DNA of 63,625 bases, filler included, from Chiloscyllium plagiosum (taxonomy: Eukaryota), in assembly GCF_004010195.1 (NCBI RefSeq). It is 7 parts of 2 records of this genome, joined end to end, with 100 filler letters (N's around TTAATTAATTAA, not from the genome) between each part and the next. Parts side by side here need not be neighbours in the genome. Positions count along the whole stretch, not along the records: positions 19,478 to 29,712 come from NC_057715.1; positions 29,813 to 52,681 come from NC_057715.1; 5 more parts are not named here. One strand, written 5' to 3'. The notes under the pieces were generated by a model that did no database searches, had not been told where the DNA came from, and worked only from the letters and a program-made list of their open reading frames with translations. Of the stretch, positions 23,129 to 35,700 are shown piece after piece; positions within the stretch are counted from its first letter, which is position 1, and the number at the start of each line of letters is the position of its first letter. The translations under genes were made by a program, and so were the position numbers.

Positions 23129-24944
23129 CTAGGAGAGAAAAAGAGATCAGTTAATTTGTTTTTTTTTTAATGCAAGTTGGTCAAGTTCAATGATAGTACA
23201 GTTGCAGTGTCATGTTGTGGATCAGTACACAACGTGCCTATTGGCCTCCTTATACCATGTAACAATTGTAATTCTGTGTTCCTGGTTATTTGCTTATTTA
23301 CAGCAGGGATATTTTCACCAAGTTTCAAATTGAGGGACACAATAAATTTCCCCAAAAGCTCAGTTTTGCTGTAGGCAGTCCAATATGACGAAACCTGCTT
23401 CCCTGTCACTTTTCATAAATTATTGCATAATGATGCCAAATCCTCTCTAAAATCACACATTATCATAGCTTAGATGGACACCATCGCTCCTTCATCATCA
23501 GTGGTTCAACTTTCCTTACAAGCTAGCAATTTCCCAGCAGTCTTTCAAAATAGCAGTTCACTGACTATCTCTTAAGAGCAATTAGATATAGGCAATAAGA
23601 ACTACGCTGACAAAGTGATATTAGAAATGTTTGAGATTGATAGGCCCTTGGCATCATAAATTGCAAGTTGGCTGAAAGGTGGAAAACAGAGTAGGTATAA
23701 ATGGGTACATGTTAGGCTGGGACAACTTTGCTGATTTTTCTTCCAAGATGACAACGGAGTAGGAGTCTTGGGCCATAACTTATCTGCTCTGACCTCTTTT
23801 GTTGCTTTTTTTAATCATTTTTTCATTTTTTTTTCACCTCACCTTCTGGGGGGAGCTCAGTCATGGAAGCAGCAGGGACAGCTGTGGCTGTGGGCCCAGG
23901 GTGGGTATTTGGCACAAGGCAGCTAATGCAATGCTACCGCAGCCTTCTTCAAAGTCCAGAGTTTGGAAGCAGCTTAGGGGCTCGGTGTTGTACCAAGTCA
24001 GGATTCTGGCTATCTGCAGCAAGGTGGCTAAAGAGCATGGATGACAGTCAGTGGCAAGATGTCTGGCAAAGTGGACTGGACTCTTGCAGTCAACAGTAAG
24101 ACAGCATCGCAGAAGAGCACGCACCCAGGGGACTGAGCACTGTACAGAAGAGATCCAGCCCTCGTGAGGAAGCCCAGCATGGAGCTTCTGCAGACTCATG
24201 GCTAAAGGAGGACAGTTTTTTTTTGACATGATACTAAGGACTGTGAGGTTTAATTTTTACCTTATTTCATTAATTTTCTACTTTGTATCGAAGATTTTGT
24301 ACCTCTTTGCCTTTGTACCTAAGGTAGAATGGCTACTTTGTAAACATTTCACTGTACTCCTGGATCCCTGTACTTGATTTTAGGACATGATAATAAACTG
24401 TTAAAGGTACTAAAATGGTTTCCAAAGTCAAAATTGAAGACACTGCATAAACTTAAGTTCTTTCATGATTTGAAATGTGCGTGAGGAAATAAATTTTGGA
24501 ATCCAGAATCATTTACCGAAATACATGAAAAACACCATGGTAGTTGAAAACTAGCTGTAACTGGGTCAGATTCACAATGAAATATTCCTTCCAACAGGAA
24601 CAGGGAAGGATGAAAGGCTTGGAACATTAAGAGACAGTATCATAATGCCAGCAATAAAGTACAATGATTTAAAAGAGAAAATGGTCCAAACAAATGTGAG
24701 TTGCATTCACATGGGGCCTTTCACTAACTCTCAAAGCAGTTCATAGCCAATTAGACAAAACTGAAGTCTAGTTGCAGTTACACTGTAAGAAACATGGCAG
24801 CCAATTTGCACAGCAAGCTCTCACAAAAGGTAATGCAATAATTACCAAACAATCCACTTGAAAGACATTGTTGGAGGGGTAAAAATAAACCTGTACTGGA
24901 GAAAACTGTCCACTAACTTTGTAGAACGGTAACTAACATAGAAC

Positions 24945-27900
24945 ATAACAGCTCAGAACCTCGATGTTGCATCGACCTGCGAACTAATCTAAGCCCATCC
25001 CCCAACACTATCCCATCGTCATCCATGTGCTTATCCAAGGACTGTTTAAATGCCCCTAATGTGGCTGAGTTAACTACATTGGCAGGCAGGGCATTCCACA
25101 CCCTTATCATTCTCTAAGTAAAGAACCTGCCTCTGACATCTGTCTTAAATCTATCACCCCTCAGTTTGCAGCTATGCCCCCTCGTACAAGCTGACGTCAT
25201 CATCCTAGGAAAAAGATTCTCACTGTCCACCCTATCTAATCCTCTGATCAGCTTCTATGTCTCTATTAAATCCCTTTGGCCACCTTCTCTCCAATGAGAA
25301 CAAACCCAAATGTCTCAGCCTTTCCCTCATAAGACCTTCCCTCGAGACCAGGCAACATCCTGGTAAATCTCCTTTGAACCTTTTCCAATGCTTCCACATC
25401 CTTCCTGTAATGGGGCGACCAGAACTGCACACAGTATTCCAAGTGAGGCTGCACTAGCGTTTTGTACAGTTGCAGCATGACATCACAGCTCTGGAATTCA
25501 ATCCTTCTACCAATAAAACCTAACATACCGTATGCCTTCTGAACAGCACTATCAACTTGGGTGGCAACTTTCAGGGGCCTATGCACATGGACACCAAGAT
25601 CCCTCTGAACATCCACACTACCAAGAATCTTTCCATTGACCCAGTATTCTGCCTTCCTGTTATTCTTCCCAAAGTGAATCACCTCACATTTAGTTGGATT
25701 GAACTCCATTTGTGACCTCTCAGCCCAATCCTGTAGTTTTTCCAAGTCCCCCTGAACCTGTAACATTCTTCCAAACTGTCCACTACTCCACCAACTTTAG
25801 TATCATCTGCAAACTTACTAACCCATCCACCTATGCCTGCGTCCAAGTCATTTATCAAAATGACAAACAGCAGTGTCCCAAAACAGATCTTTGTGGCACA
25901 TCACTAGTAACTGGACTCCAGGCTGAATATTTTCCATGAACCACCACTCGCTGCCTCCTTACAGAAAGCCAGTTTCTAATCCAAACTGCTAAATCACTCT
26001 CAGTCCCATGCCTCCGCATTTTCTCCAAAAGCCTACCATTTGGAACTTTATCAAAGGCTTTACTAGAGTCCATATACACCACATCAACCACCACATCAAC
26101 TGCCCTACCCTCATCTACATGCTTGGTCACCTTCTCAAAAAACTCAATGAGGTTTGTGAGACACGACCTGCCCTTGACAAAATCATGTTGACTATCTCCA
26201 ATCAAGTTGCTGCTTGCTAGATGATTATAAATCTTATCTCTTATAATCCTTTCCAAAGCTTTTCCTAAAACAGAAGGAAGGCTCACTGGTCTATAATTAC
26301 CTGGGTCATCTCTACTGCCCTTCTTGAACAAGGGCACATTTGCAATTCCCCAGTCCTCTTGTACTAAACCTATAGACAATGATGAATCAAAGATCATGGC
26401 CAGAGGCTCCACCATCTCCTCTCTAGCTTCCCAGAGAATCCTTGGATAAATCTCATCCAGCCCAGGGGACTTATTTACTTTCACACATTCTAGAATTGAT
26501 AACACCACCACTTTACTAACCTCAATCCTTTCTAGTCTAATAGCCTGTATCTCTGTATCTCAGTCTTCTCCTTTACAATATTCTCCTTCTCCTGAGTGAA
26601 AACAGATGAGAAATATTCGTTTAGTACCTCTCTGATTTTCACAAGGTCCACACACAACTTCCCACTTCTATCTCTGACTGGCCCTATTCCTACCCTAGTC
26701 ATCTTTTTATTCCTAACATACCTAAGGAAAGTTTTAGGGTTCTCCTTTAGTCTACCTGCCAAAGACTACTCATGTCCCTTCCTTGCTCTTCTTAACTCTC
26801 TCTTTAAATCCTTCCTAGTTAATCTGTAACTCTCCATCGCCTCATCTGAACCATCTTGTCTCAACGTCACATAAGCTTCCCTCTTCCGCTTAACAAGAGA
26901 TACAATTTCTTTAGTAAACCATGGTTCCTTTACCTGATCACTTCCTCCCTGCCTGACAGGAACATACCTACCAAGGACATGCAGTATCTGTTCCTTAAAC
27001 CCTGCATTTTGCTGCCCCATTCTCTGCCTCCTAAGTCCTGCCTAATTGCATTATAATTGCTCTTCCCCTGTCTGTAACTCATGCCCTGTGGTATGTACCT
27101 ATCCCTTTCCATCATTAAACTAAATGTAACCAAATTATTGTCACTCTCTCCAAAGTGCTCACCTGCCACTAAATCAAACACCTGGCCTGTTCATTACCAA
27201 GTACCAGATCCAGTGTGGTCTCCCCTCTTGCCAGCCCTTCGACATACCGTGTCAGGAAACCCTCCTGCACACATTGGACAAAAACTGATCCATCCGACGT
27301 AGCATTTCCAGTCAATGCAGGGCAAGATAAAGTCTCCTATAGTGACCACCCTGTTCCTTTCACTCCTACCCAGAATGATTTCGCCAATCCTCTCCTCCAC
27401 ATCCCTGGAACGTTGCGGAGACCTTTAAACAAATCCCAGCAGTGTGACCTCGCCTTTCCTGTTTCTAACCTCAGCTCATACTAACTCAGTAGACGAGTTC
27501 CCGTCAAAAGTTCTTTCAGCCACCATTATACTGTCCTTGACTAACAAAGCCACACCTCCCCTTTTTTAACCACCAGCATTGATCTTAATAAAAGATCTAA
27601 ACCCTGGAACCTGCCACATCCATTCTTGACCCTGCTCTATCCATGTCTCTGAAATGATCACAACATCGAAGTCCCAGGTACCTATCCATGCTGCAAGCTC
27701 ACCTACCTTATTCTAGATACTCCTGGCCTTGAAGTAGACGCACTTCAAACCAGCTTGCTGTCTGTCAGCACATTCCTGTGGCTGTGAAATGCTGTCCATG
27801 TCCTCCCTACTCTCATCCTCCTGTGCACTGCAACTACACCACAGGTTCCCATCCCCCTACTAAGCTAGTTTAAACCTACCCAAATAGCACCAGCAAATCC

Positions 27901-28000
27901 CACTCAGGATATTAGTACCCCTCTGGTTCATGTGAAGACCGTCCTGTTTGTCAAGGTCCCACCTTCCCTGGATGAGCCCCAATTATCCATATACCTGAAA
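24945..28000 (-). mobile_element. Degenerate CR1 LINE (ORF1 end, APE endonuclease, reverse transcriptase, 3' tail)
   Basis: Frameshifted ORFs 25266..27400(-): KSPGLDEIYPRIL, NYRPVSL, QHDFVKGRSCLTNL, YMDSSKAFDKV, PQRSVLG, LEYCVQFWSP. Confidence 0.92.
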
Positions 28001-28959
28001 CCTTCCCGCCTGCACGATCCCTGCAGTCACATGTTCAGCCCATTCTTTTGAGCTAAAATTTGCATTTCGAAAGAAATTCACACAACCATACGAAGCGGTT
28101 CACAGCCAATTAACTATTTTTGAAGTGTAGTCACTGTTAATATGTAGGTCTAAAACTAACAAACCAATAAACACGTATTGGTTTCATACCCTGTGCAAAA
28201 GGCAATAAGCTCGAACAATGTAGCACTCAGGTGCAAAGCTCCCTGACTAACCACACATCCAGTCTGACAGATCAGGACAATATCCAGGTTTGGACTGACA
28301 AATGGCAAGCAGCATTAATGCTACACAGATGCTAATAACCATCAACATCAATGATGTTTGATGGCATTATCATTGCTTAATGCCCTATCAACATCCTGGG
28401 AGTTACTGTTGACCAGAACCAGACTCACCATATATACTTGTGGCTATGGGAGAAGGTCAGAGACTGGGAATTCTGCTCTAGTAACTCACCACCTGTCTCC
28501 CAAAACTTATCCATCATTTACAAGGCACATATCAAGAGTGTGGTGCAATAGTTCCCACCTGCCAGGATTGATACAGCTCCAACAACACTCGAGAAATCTG
28601 ACATCCAGGACAAAGCTGCCCACTTGATTGGCACCACATCCACAAGCAATGCTTAGTCGCAGCTGTGTGTACTATCTACAAGATGCACTGCAGAAATTCA
28701 CCAAAGATACTTAGACACCACCCTCTAAACTTACAACCACCTCCATCTAGAAGAGCAAGGGCATCAGATGCATGGAGACACCACTCTCTGCAGGTTCCCC
28801 TCCAAGCCACTGACCATCCTGACTGGGGAATATATCATCATTCCTTCTCTGTCACTGGTTCAAAGCCCTGTAATCCCTTCCTTAAGGGCATTGTAAGTCT
28901 ACATACAGCACATGGACTGCAGCAGTTCAAGATGGTCAGCCAGCAACATCCATCTCTCA

Positions 28960-29460
28960 CTCTGGATCTAGGCTACCTTCTTAATATAATTTGAGGGGGT
29001 CTGCTCTGGTCCATTACAAATTGGGGGCTCTTGTCAGGATCAAAATTCAGGAGTGGATTTAGGATTATTGGACTCAAAGGCAGCATGCGGTGTTAGTGTC
29101 CTTTGTTTCGGGTGTTGAATTCGCTTGTTAAGACACAGTGTGCTTTTTGTAAAAATGGTTCTTTCAGTCAGTAGGAATTTCCTGAGGGTGGAAAAAATCA
29201 ATTTGGGAGTTTTATAGTAAGTGAGCAGGGCAAAGGTTTTCAAAATTGAAAGACCAGCTGGAGTCAGGGTTGCCTTTGTCTGTGCAAAAAAGGTGAGGTA
29301 ATAGCAACAACAGCTCAACATTTATGATTGTTGGAAATGCCATCACAAACTTTGGAAATTGCTAAAATTCAAATGCAAATGAACCAGCTTGAATTAGAGG
29401 CAAAAGAGAGACATAAGGAACTGAAACAGATTGAATTATGATTGAGAACAGAGAAAACCT
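28960..29460 (+). mobile_element. LTR-retrotransposon remnant (LTR 3' end, tRNA-Pro-like PBS, gag-like coiled coil)
   Basis: ...TTACA aat TGGGGGCTCTTGTCAGGAT at 29022-29040 resembles the tRNA-Pro PBS TGGGGGCTCGTCCGGGAT. EIAKIQMQMNQLELEAKER follows downstream. Confidence 0.55.
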
Positions 29461-29712
29461 CAGAGGGGAAGAGAGTGCGCGCCGAGGGGAAGAGAGTGCG
29501 TGCCGAGGGGAGGAGAGTGCGGGTTAGGGTGGGTGGAAATTGCTAAAATTCAAATGCAAATGAACCAGCTTGAATTAGAGGCAAAAGAGAGACATAAGGA
29601 ACTGAAACAGATTGAATTATGATTGAGAACAGAGAAAACCTCAGAGGGGAAGAGAGTGCGCGCCGAGGGGAAGAGAGTGCGTGCCGAGGGGAGGAGAGTG
29701 CGGGTTAGGGTG
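29354..29712. repeat. 181-bp direct tandem duplication abutting a gap
   Basis: GGAAATTGCTAAAATTC starts at 29354 and 29535; the copies appear identical. Confidence 0.9.
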
Positions 29713-32408
29713 NNNNNNNNNNNNNNNNNNNNNNNNNNNNNNNNNNNNNNNNNNNNTTAATTAATTAANNNNNNNNNNNNNNNNNNNNNNNNNNNNNNNN
29801 NNNNNNNNNNNNAATTCCAGAGTCGTGAAGTGATGTTGCAACTGTACAGGACTTTGGTTAGGCACATTTGGAGTACTGTGTGCAGTTCTTGTCGCCTCAC
29901 TTTAGGAAAGATGTGGAAGTTTTGGAGAGGGTGCAGAGGAGATTCCAGGATGTTGCCTGGAATGGAGAATAGGTCGTACGAGGATAGGTTGAGAGTGCTA
30001 GGCCTTTTCTCGTTGGAACGGCAAAAGTTGAGGGGTGACTTGATAGAGGTTTATAAGATGATCAGGGGAATAGATAGAGTAGACAATCAGACACTTTTTC
30101 CCCGGGTACAACCGAGTGTTACAAGGGGACATAAATTTAAGTTGAAGGGTGGAAAGTATTGGGGGATGTCAGGGGTAGGTTCTTTACCTAGAGAGTGGTG
30201 GGGGCATGGAATGCGCTGCCTGTGGGAGTGGTAGAGTCAGAATCATTGGTGACCTTTAAGTGGCAATTGGATAGGTACATGGATAGGTGCTTAAGCTAGG
30301 ACAAATGTTCGGCACAACATCGTGGGCCGAAGGGCCTGTTCTGTGCTGTATTGTTCTATGTTCTATAAATGCATTTATGTGGACCACACAAAGCACTTTA
30401 CAGCGAATGAATCACTTTTTAAGAACAGTCACTACGACACTACATGAATACATCAAACTCAAAGTACCAGCATTATTACTCATTCCTAACTATCCTCAAG
30501 AAAATCATGCTGAGTTGCCTTCTTGAACCGCTGCAGTCCACGTGTTGTAGGCTTACCCACAATGCCCCGAGGGAATTCCAGGATTTTGACCAGGTGACAC
30601 TGAAGGAATGGTGATATACAAGTCAGAATGGTGAGTGGCTTGGAGGGGAACTTGCATGTGATAGTGCTCCTATGTATCTGCTGCTTTTATGTTTCCAGAT
30701 GGACGTGGTCATGTATTTGGAAGGTGCTGCCTAAGGAGCTTTGGCAAGTTGTACAGTGGATCTTGTTGACGGTACAAATTGCTGTTCTTGGAATTGAAAC
30801 AACTGACCTCCAACAAACAACTTCATTTGTGCTAAATGAGTCCAGCCATTGGCTCCCACCTTCCCCCATTTCTGTTCCCATGTCTTATGACCTTATGCAC
30901 ATTTGTTCCAAAGCAGCTTAGGTGTCAAGGGCTGTCACTCTCACCTCACCTCGAATTCACTTCTTTTGTCCACGTTTGAACCAAGGCTGGCATAAGGGCA
31001 GGAGCTGAGTGACCCTGCCAGAACTCGAACCCGAACTGGGCATCACTGAGTACAGTAGTTTATTGCTGAGTAAATAATGGCTGATTGCACTGTTGATGAC
31101 ACATTCCCTCACTCTGTGGATGATTTATGAACATTTAACGGTTTATACATCAGAGTCTTTTTAAGGTCAGCACCAAGGCTCTAAATTTTCATCCCAACCA
31201 TGAACAGAATGGAGGCTCAGCAATAGCCAGGAAACAACAGTATGTCTGTCATTCACACCAGGATGACATCTTTAGGGGTGAGATGTTAAACTGAGGACCC
31301 AAAGACACTCAGGCCAAGATTTATCCCTCAATTCACATCATAGGAAACAGATTATCTGGTCGCTGTCTCATTGCTGTTTGCAAGAGCTCTGTATAGCAGA
31401 TGGTAATTAGATTAGATTAGATTAGATTACAGTGTGGAAACAGGCCCTTCGGCCCAAGTCCACACCGACCCGCCGAAGCGCAACCCACCCATACCCCTAC
31501 ATTTACCCCCTACCCAACACTACGGGCAATTTAGCATGGCCAATTCACCTGACCTGCACATCTTTGGACTGTGGGAGGAAACCGGAGCACCCGGAGGAAA
31601 CCCACGCAGACACGGGGAGAACGTGCAAACTCCACACAGTCAGTCGCCTGAGGCGGGAATTGAATCCAGGTCTCTGGCGCTGTGAGGCAGCAGTGCTAAC
31701 CACTGCACCACAGTACCGCCCCAGTGGTTAGCACTGCTGCCTCAGTGGTAATGCAGTGGTAATGTCAGTAAATGAATAATCCCGAAGTCCAGGCTAGTGG
31801 TCTGGTTCAAATTTCAGAATACCAAGAAATGGAATTTAACTAAAATTTAAGAACTGGCATCAAATTCTAGTCACTGTGACTGAGAACTACCATCCAATTG
31901 TTAAGAATCTGCAGGAGCTTTGTGGGCCCTGTGGTGCAGTGGGAGTATCCCTACCTTTGAGCCAGGGGCCTAGTCTGAAGTCCTGTTCCAGAGGTGCGTC
32001 ATAACATCTCTGAACAGGATGACTGGAAAATGTCTGCAGGAACTTCATGTGTATAAATTGGCTGCCACCTTTGCCTGCATTGCAACAGGGAACAAGAATT
32101 TACAAGCAATCGACTGGCTGTAAAGTGTTTTGGAATATCCTGAGGTTGCTATACAAAAGGTGCTATATAAATATGCTCTTTGCGTTTTTGCCACTTACCC
32201 ATAACAATGACAGTGATAACAAGTGCAACATCTCCTCTCCCCCGACAAATCTCACCCCCGGACATAGCCAATGGATTGCCTCAGCAAGAAAAGCAAACAA
32301 ATTTCTTTTTTAAAACCAAGATATGGTAGAGCTGGTGAATGCAGAAGGGAAAATGCAAGAGATGTATTTCAACAGTCCACTCTCCTTTCTGCTTATAGCC
32401 AGGGAAAG

Positions 32409-32701
32409 CTAAGACAAGACGGAGAGCAGCAGAAGAGTCAGGAACAGTGGGACAGTCAGCTCAACAGACGAAGAGGATGCGATCAGACCCTTCTGAATGG
32501 CATAGTACCGTGCAACCTCCATATTTGGGTTCTGCCTGGAGCCAGAGGTGTCGAACCACATAGCAATACACTTGCCACTCCCGCGATCATGTTCCGTGAA
32601 TTCATATGAGTAACTCCACAGCTTCTCGCAAAGGTCCCGGGGGGTTGGGAAAAATTCAATAAACTTCTCACATTTGCTTCCTGTCGGGCACTGGTTTATC
32701 C
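32409..32701 (-). CDS. FOLR: Folate receptor, last coding exon: (G)INQCPTGSKCEKF...LWSYSY...CIAMWFD..QNPNMEVARYYA + hydrophobic GPI-signal tail, stop
   Basis: Minus strand ttattttag|GGATA..., 293 nt to TAG. Lies within ORF 32409..32771. Confidence 0.95.
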
Positions 32702-35700
32702 CTAAAATAAGATTTGTCAAAAAAAAAATACAATACCTTATTGGAAATAAGTCTGAAGTGACACAGATCAAACATCTTTATTAACCCCAAACAGAAAGTA
32801 ACGTGAGCACAGAATGCAAGCAGGCTTGACTGTGATAAGCTACAAGTACAATCTTGGGAATCTGATGCAAGTGGGAACCCATAGAATTTCTACAGTCTGT
32901 CAACAGGCCCTTCAGCTCAACAAGTCCACACCGATCCTCTGAAGAATAACCCACGTACACCCATTCCCCTACCTTATATTCACCCCTGACTATTGCACCT
33001 AATCTAAACATCCCTGAACACTATGGGCAATTTAGCACGGCCAATTCACCTAACCTGCATATCTTTGGACTTTGGGAAGAATCAGGAGCACCCGGAGGGA
33101 ACCCACGCAGACACTAAGAATTTGCAAACTCCATACAGTCACCTGAGGGTGGGATCAAACCTGGCGCTGTGAGGCAGCAGTGTTAACTACTGAGCCACCA
33201 TGCAGCCTAGAAATTCTGAAATGAAGAAAATCTGAAAAGGAATAGGCTATCAGGCCCTTCTGACCTGCTCTGCCATTCAATATGATCATGGCTGATCATG
33301 TTTCCATTTTCTCCCCATTCTCTTTGATCCCTTTAACCCAAAGAACTATATTTATTGTATTTTTGACAACATTCTAGTTTGAACTTTGTGGCAGAGAATT
33401 CCATTGGCTTGTCCCACTCTGGATGAAAACATTTCTCCTCATCTCAGCCCTAAATGATCAATCCCATATTCTTAGATTGTGACCCTGGTCCTGGACTCCC
33501 TAGTCATCTGGAACACGCTTCCTGAGTTTATCTTCTCTAGCCCTGGTAGAGTTTTCTAGCAATCACCCCCTCATTCTGCTAAACTCCAGCAAAAACCAAA
33601 CCAGTCCCTCTTCAATCCAGCCAACCCAGGAAATGTCTGGTAAACATTTGCTGCACACCTTCAACAGCCAGAATATCCTTCCTTAGGTAAAGAGATCAAA
33701 ACTGCACATAATAATCCAGGTATGATCTCACCAAGGCCCTGTATAATTGCAGCAAGACATCCCTGCTCCTATACTTGAATTCTCTACTAGGAAGGCCAAC
33801 GTCCCAGTTATCTTCTTCACTGCCTGCTGCACCTGCAATGCTTACTGTCAACAATTGGTGTAGAAGAATTCCCAGGTCTCATTGCACCCCCCTTTCCTGA
33901 TACATCAGTCAGAAAATAATCAGCCTTCTTGTTTTTGCTACCTCATATTTATCCACATTATACTGCAGCTAACAAAAAATTGCCCACTGATTCAGCATGT
34001 CCAAATCACATTGCAGCATCTCTGCATCCTCCTCACACTCACCCTCTCACCCAGATTTTGTCACTTGCAAACTTGGAGATATTACACTTAGTTCCCTCAT
34101 CTAAATCACTAATACATTATGAATAGCAGATCCCAGCAATGAATCCTGCTGTACCCCCCTGGGCATTGGCGACTCCTTGATTCCTACTGTTTTCTAACTG
34201 CCAACCATGTTGTTGGAACTGCATCCATCCAGGCAAGTGGAGGGGGGGGGGGTATTCCATCACATTCTTGACATTGTGCCTTGAGATGGTGGACAGGTTT
34301 TCAGGAGTCAAGTGGCGAGTTGCTTGCTGCAACATTCCTTGCTTCTGACCCGTTCTTGTAGTCACTATCTTTATGTGGCGAGTCCAGTTAAGTTTCTAGT
34401 CAATGGTAATGCCAAGAATGTTGATAATAGGGGATTCAGTGATGGTAACACCATTGAATGTCAAGAGACTGTGGTTAGATTGTCTCTTATTGGAGATGGT
34501 CATAGCATGGCATTGGTGAGACGTGAATGTTACATGCCATTTGTTAGCCCGAGTCTGGATATTGTCCAGATTATGCAGCATTTGAACATGGATTGCTGCA
34601 GTATCTGAGGAGTCACAAACATTGTGCAATCATCGGTGAACATCTTCACTTCTGATCTTATGACAGAAGGAAGGTCATTGATGAAGCGGCTGAAGGTAGT
34701 TGGGCCTCAGACACTACTGAGGAACTCCTGCAGAGATTTTCTGGAGCTGAGATGACTGATCTCCAATAACCATGACCATCTTCATGTGTGCCAGGTATGA
34801 TTCCAACCAATGGATAGTTTGCCCCCTGATGCTCACTGATTTCAGTTTTACTAGAACTCCTTGATGTTACACTGTCCACCCTTTAATACAATCATGTCTG
34901 ATCTCATCTTGGCATCAACTCCACCTTCCAACTCCCCACAATCCTTTAACCATGACTAATTAAAAATCTCTCCCCTCTCTAAAATTACTTCATGTCCACT
35001 ATACTCTTGAGAAGTGAATTCCACAGATGCATGGCCTTTTAAGAAATAATTCCTCCTCATCTGTTTTAAATCCGTTATCCCTCATTCTAACATTATGACC
35101 TCTTATTCTGGACTGCCCCGTAAGGGGAAACATCTTTTCCACATCTACTTTGTTAATTCCTTAAGTATCTTATATACCTCAATTGGATCTCCTCTCAATC
35201 TTCTTAACTCCAGTAAGCTTAGCCCTAAACTGCTCAACTCCTCAAAAAATAAACCTTTCCTCTCTGTAAATTCATTTTAAGCTAGCAATCAGTTTCTAGT
35301 TCAGAGCTTTAAAATCATAAGATAGTTAAGGAACCCAGTCAACAGAAACTGCCTGGTAGTGATAGTTATACGTCAAATACCTGAAAGCATATTGGCATTA
35401 ACACGGTAGCAGGTAGCTGACTTGGCAGTATCAACCAAGGTGTGAATCACCAGTTCCCTATAAAATTAGGCAGGTCCTACTATCATATGATAGCACAACT
35501 TGCGATGAGGCTTCAACATTAGCTTGGGGTGAATTCGATGCACATGGCAGGAAGCAAATGGCTCAGTGGCTAGCACTGCTGCCTCACAGCACCAAGGTCC
35601 CAGGTTAGATTCCAGCCTCGGATGACTGTCTGTGTGGAGTTTACACATTCGCCCTGTGTCTGCGTGGATTGACTCCGGGTGCTCCGGTTTCCTCCCCCAA

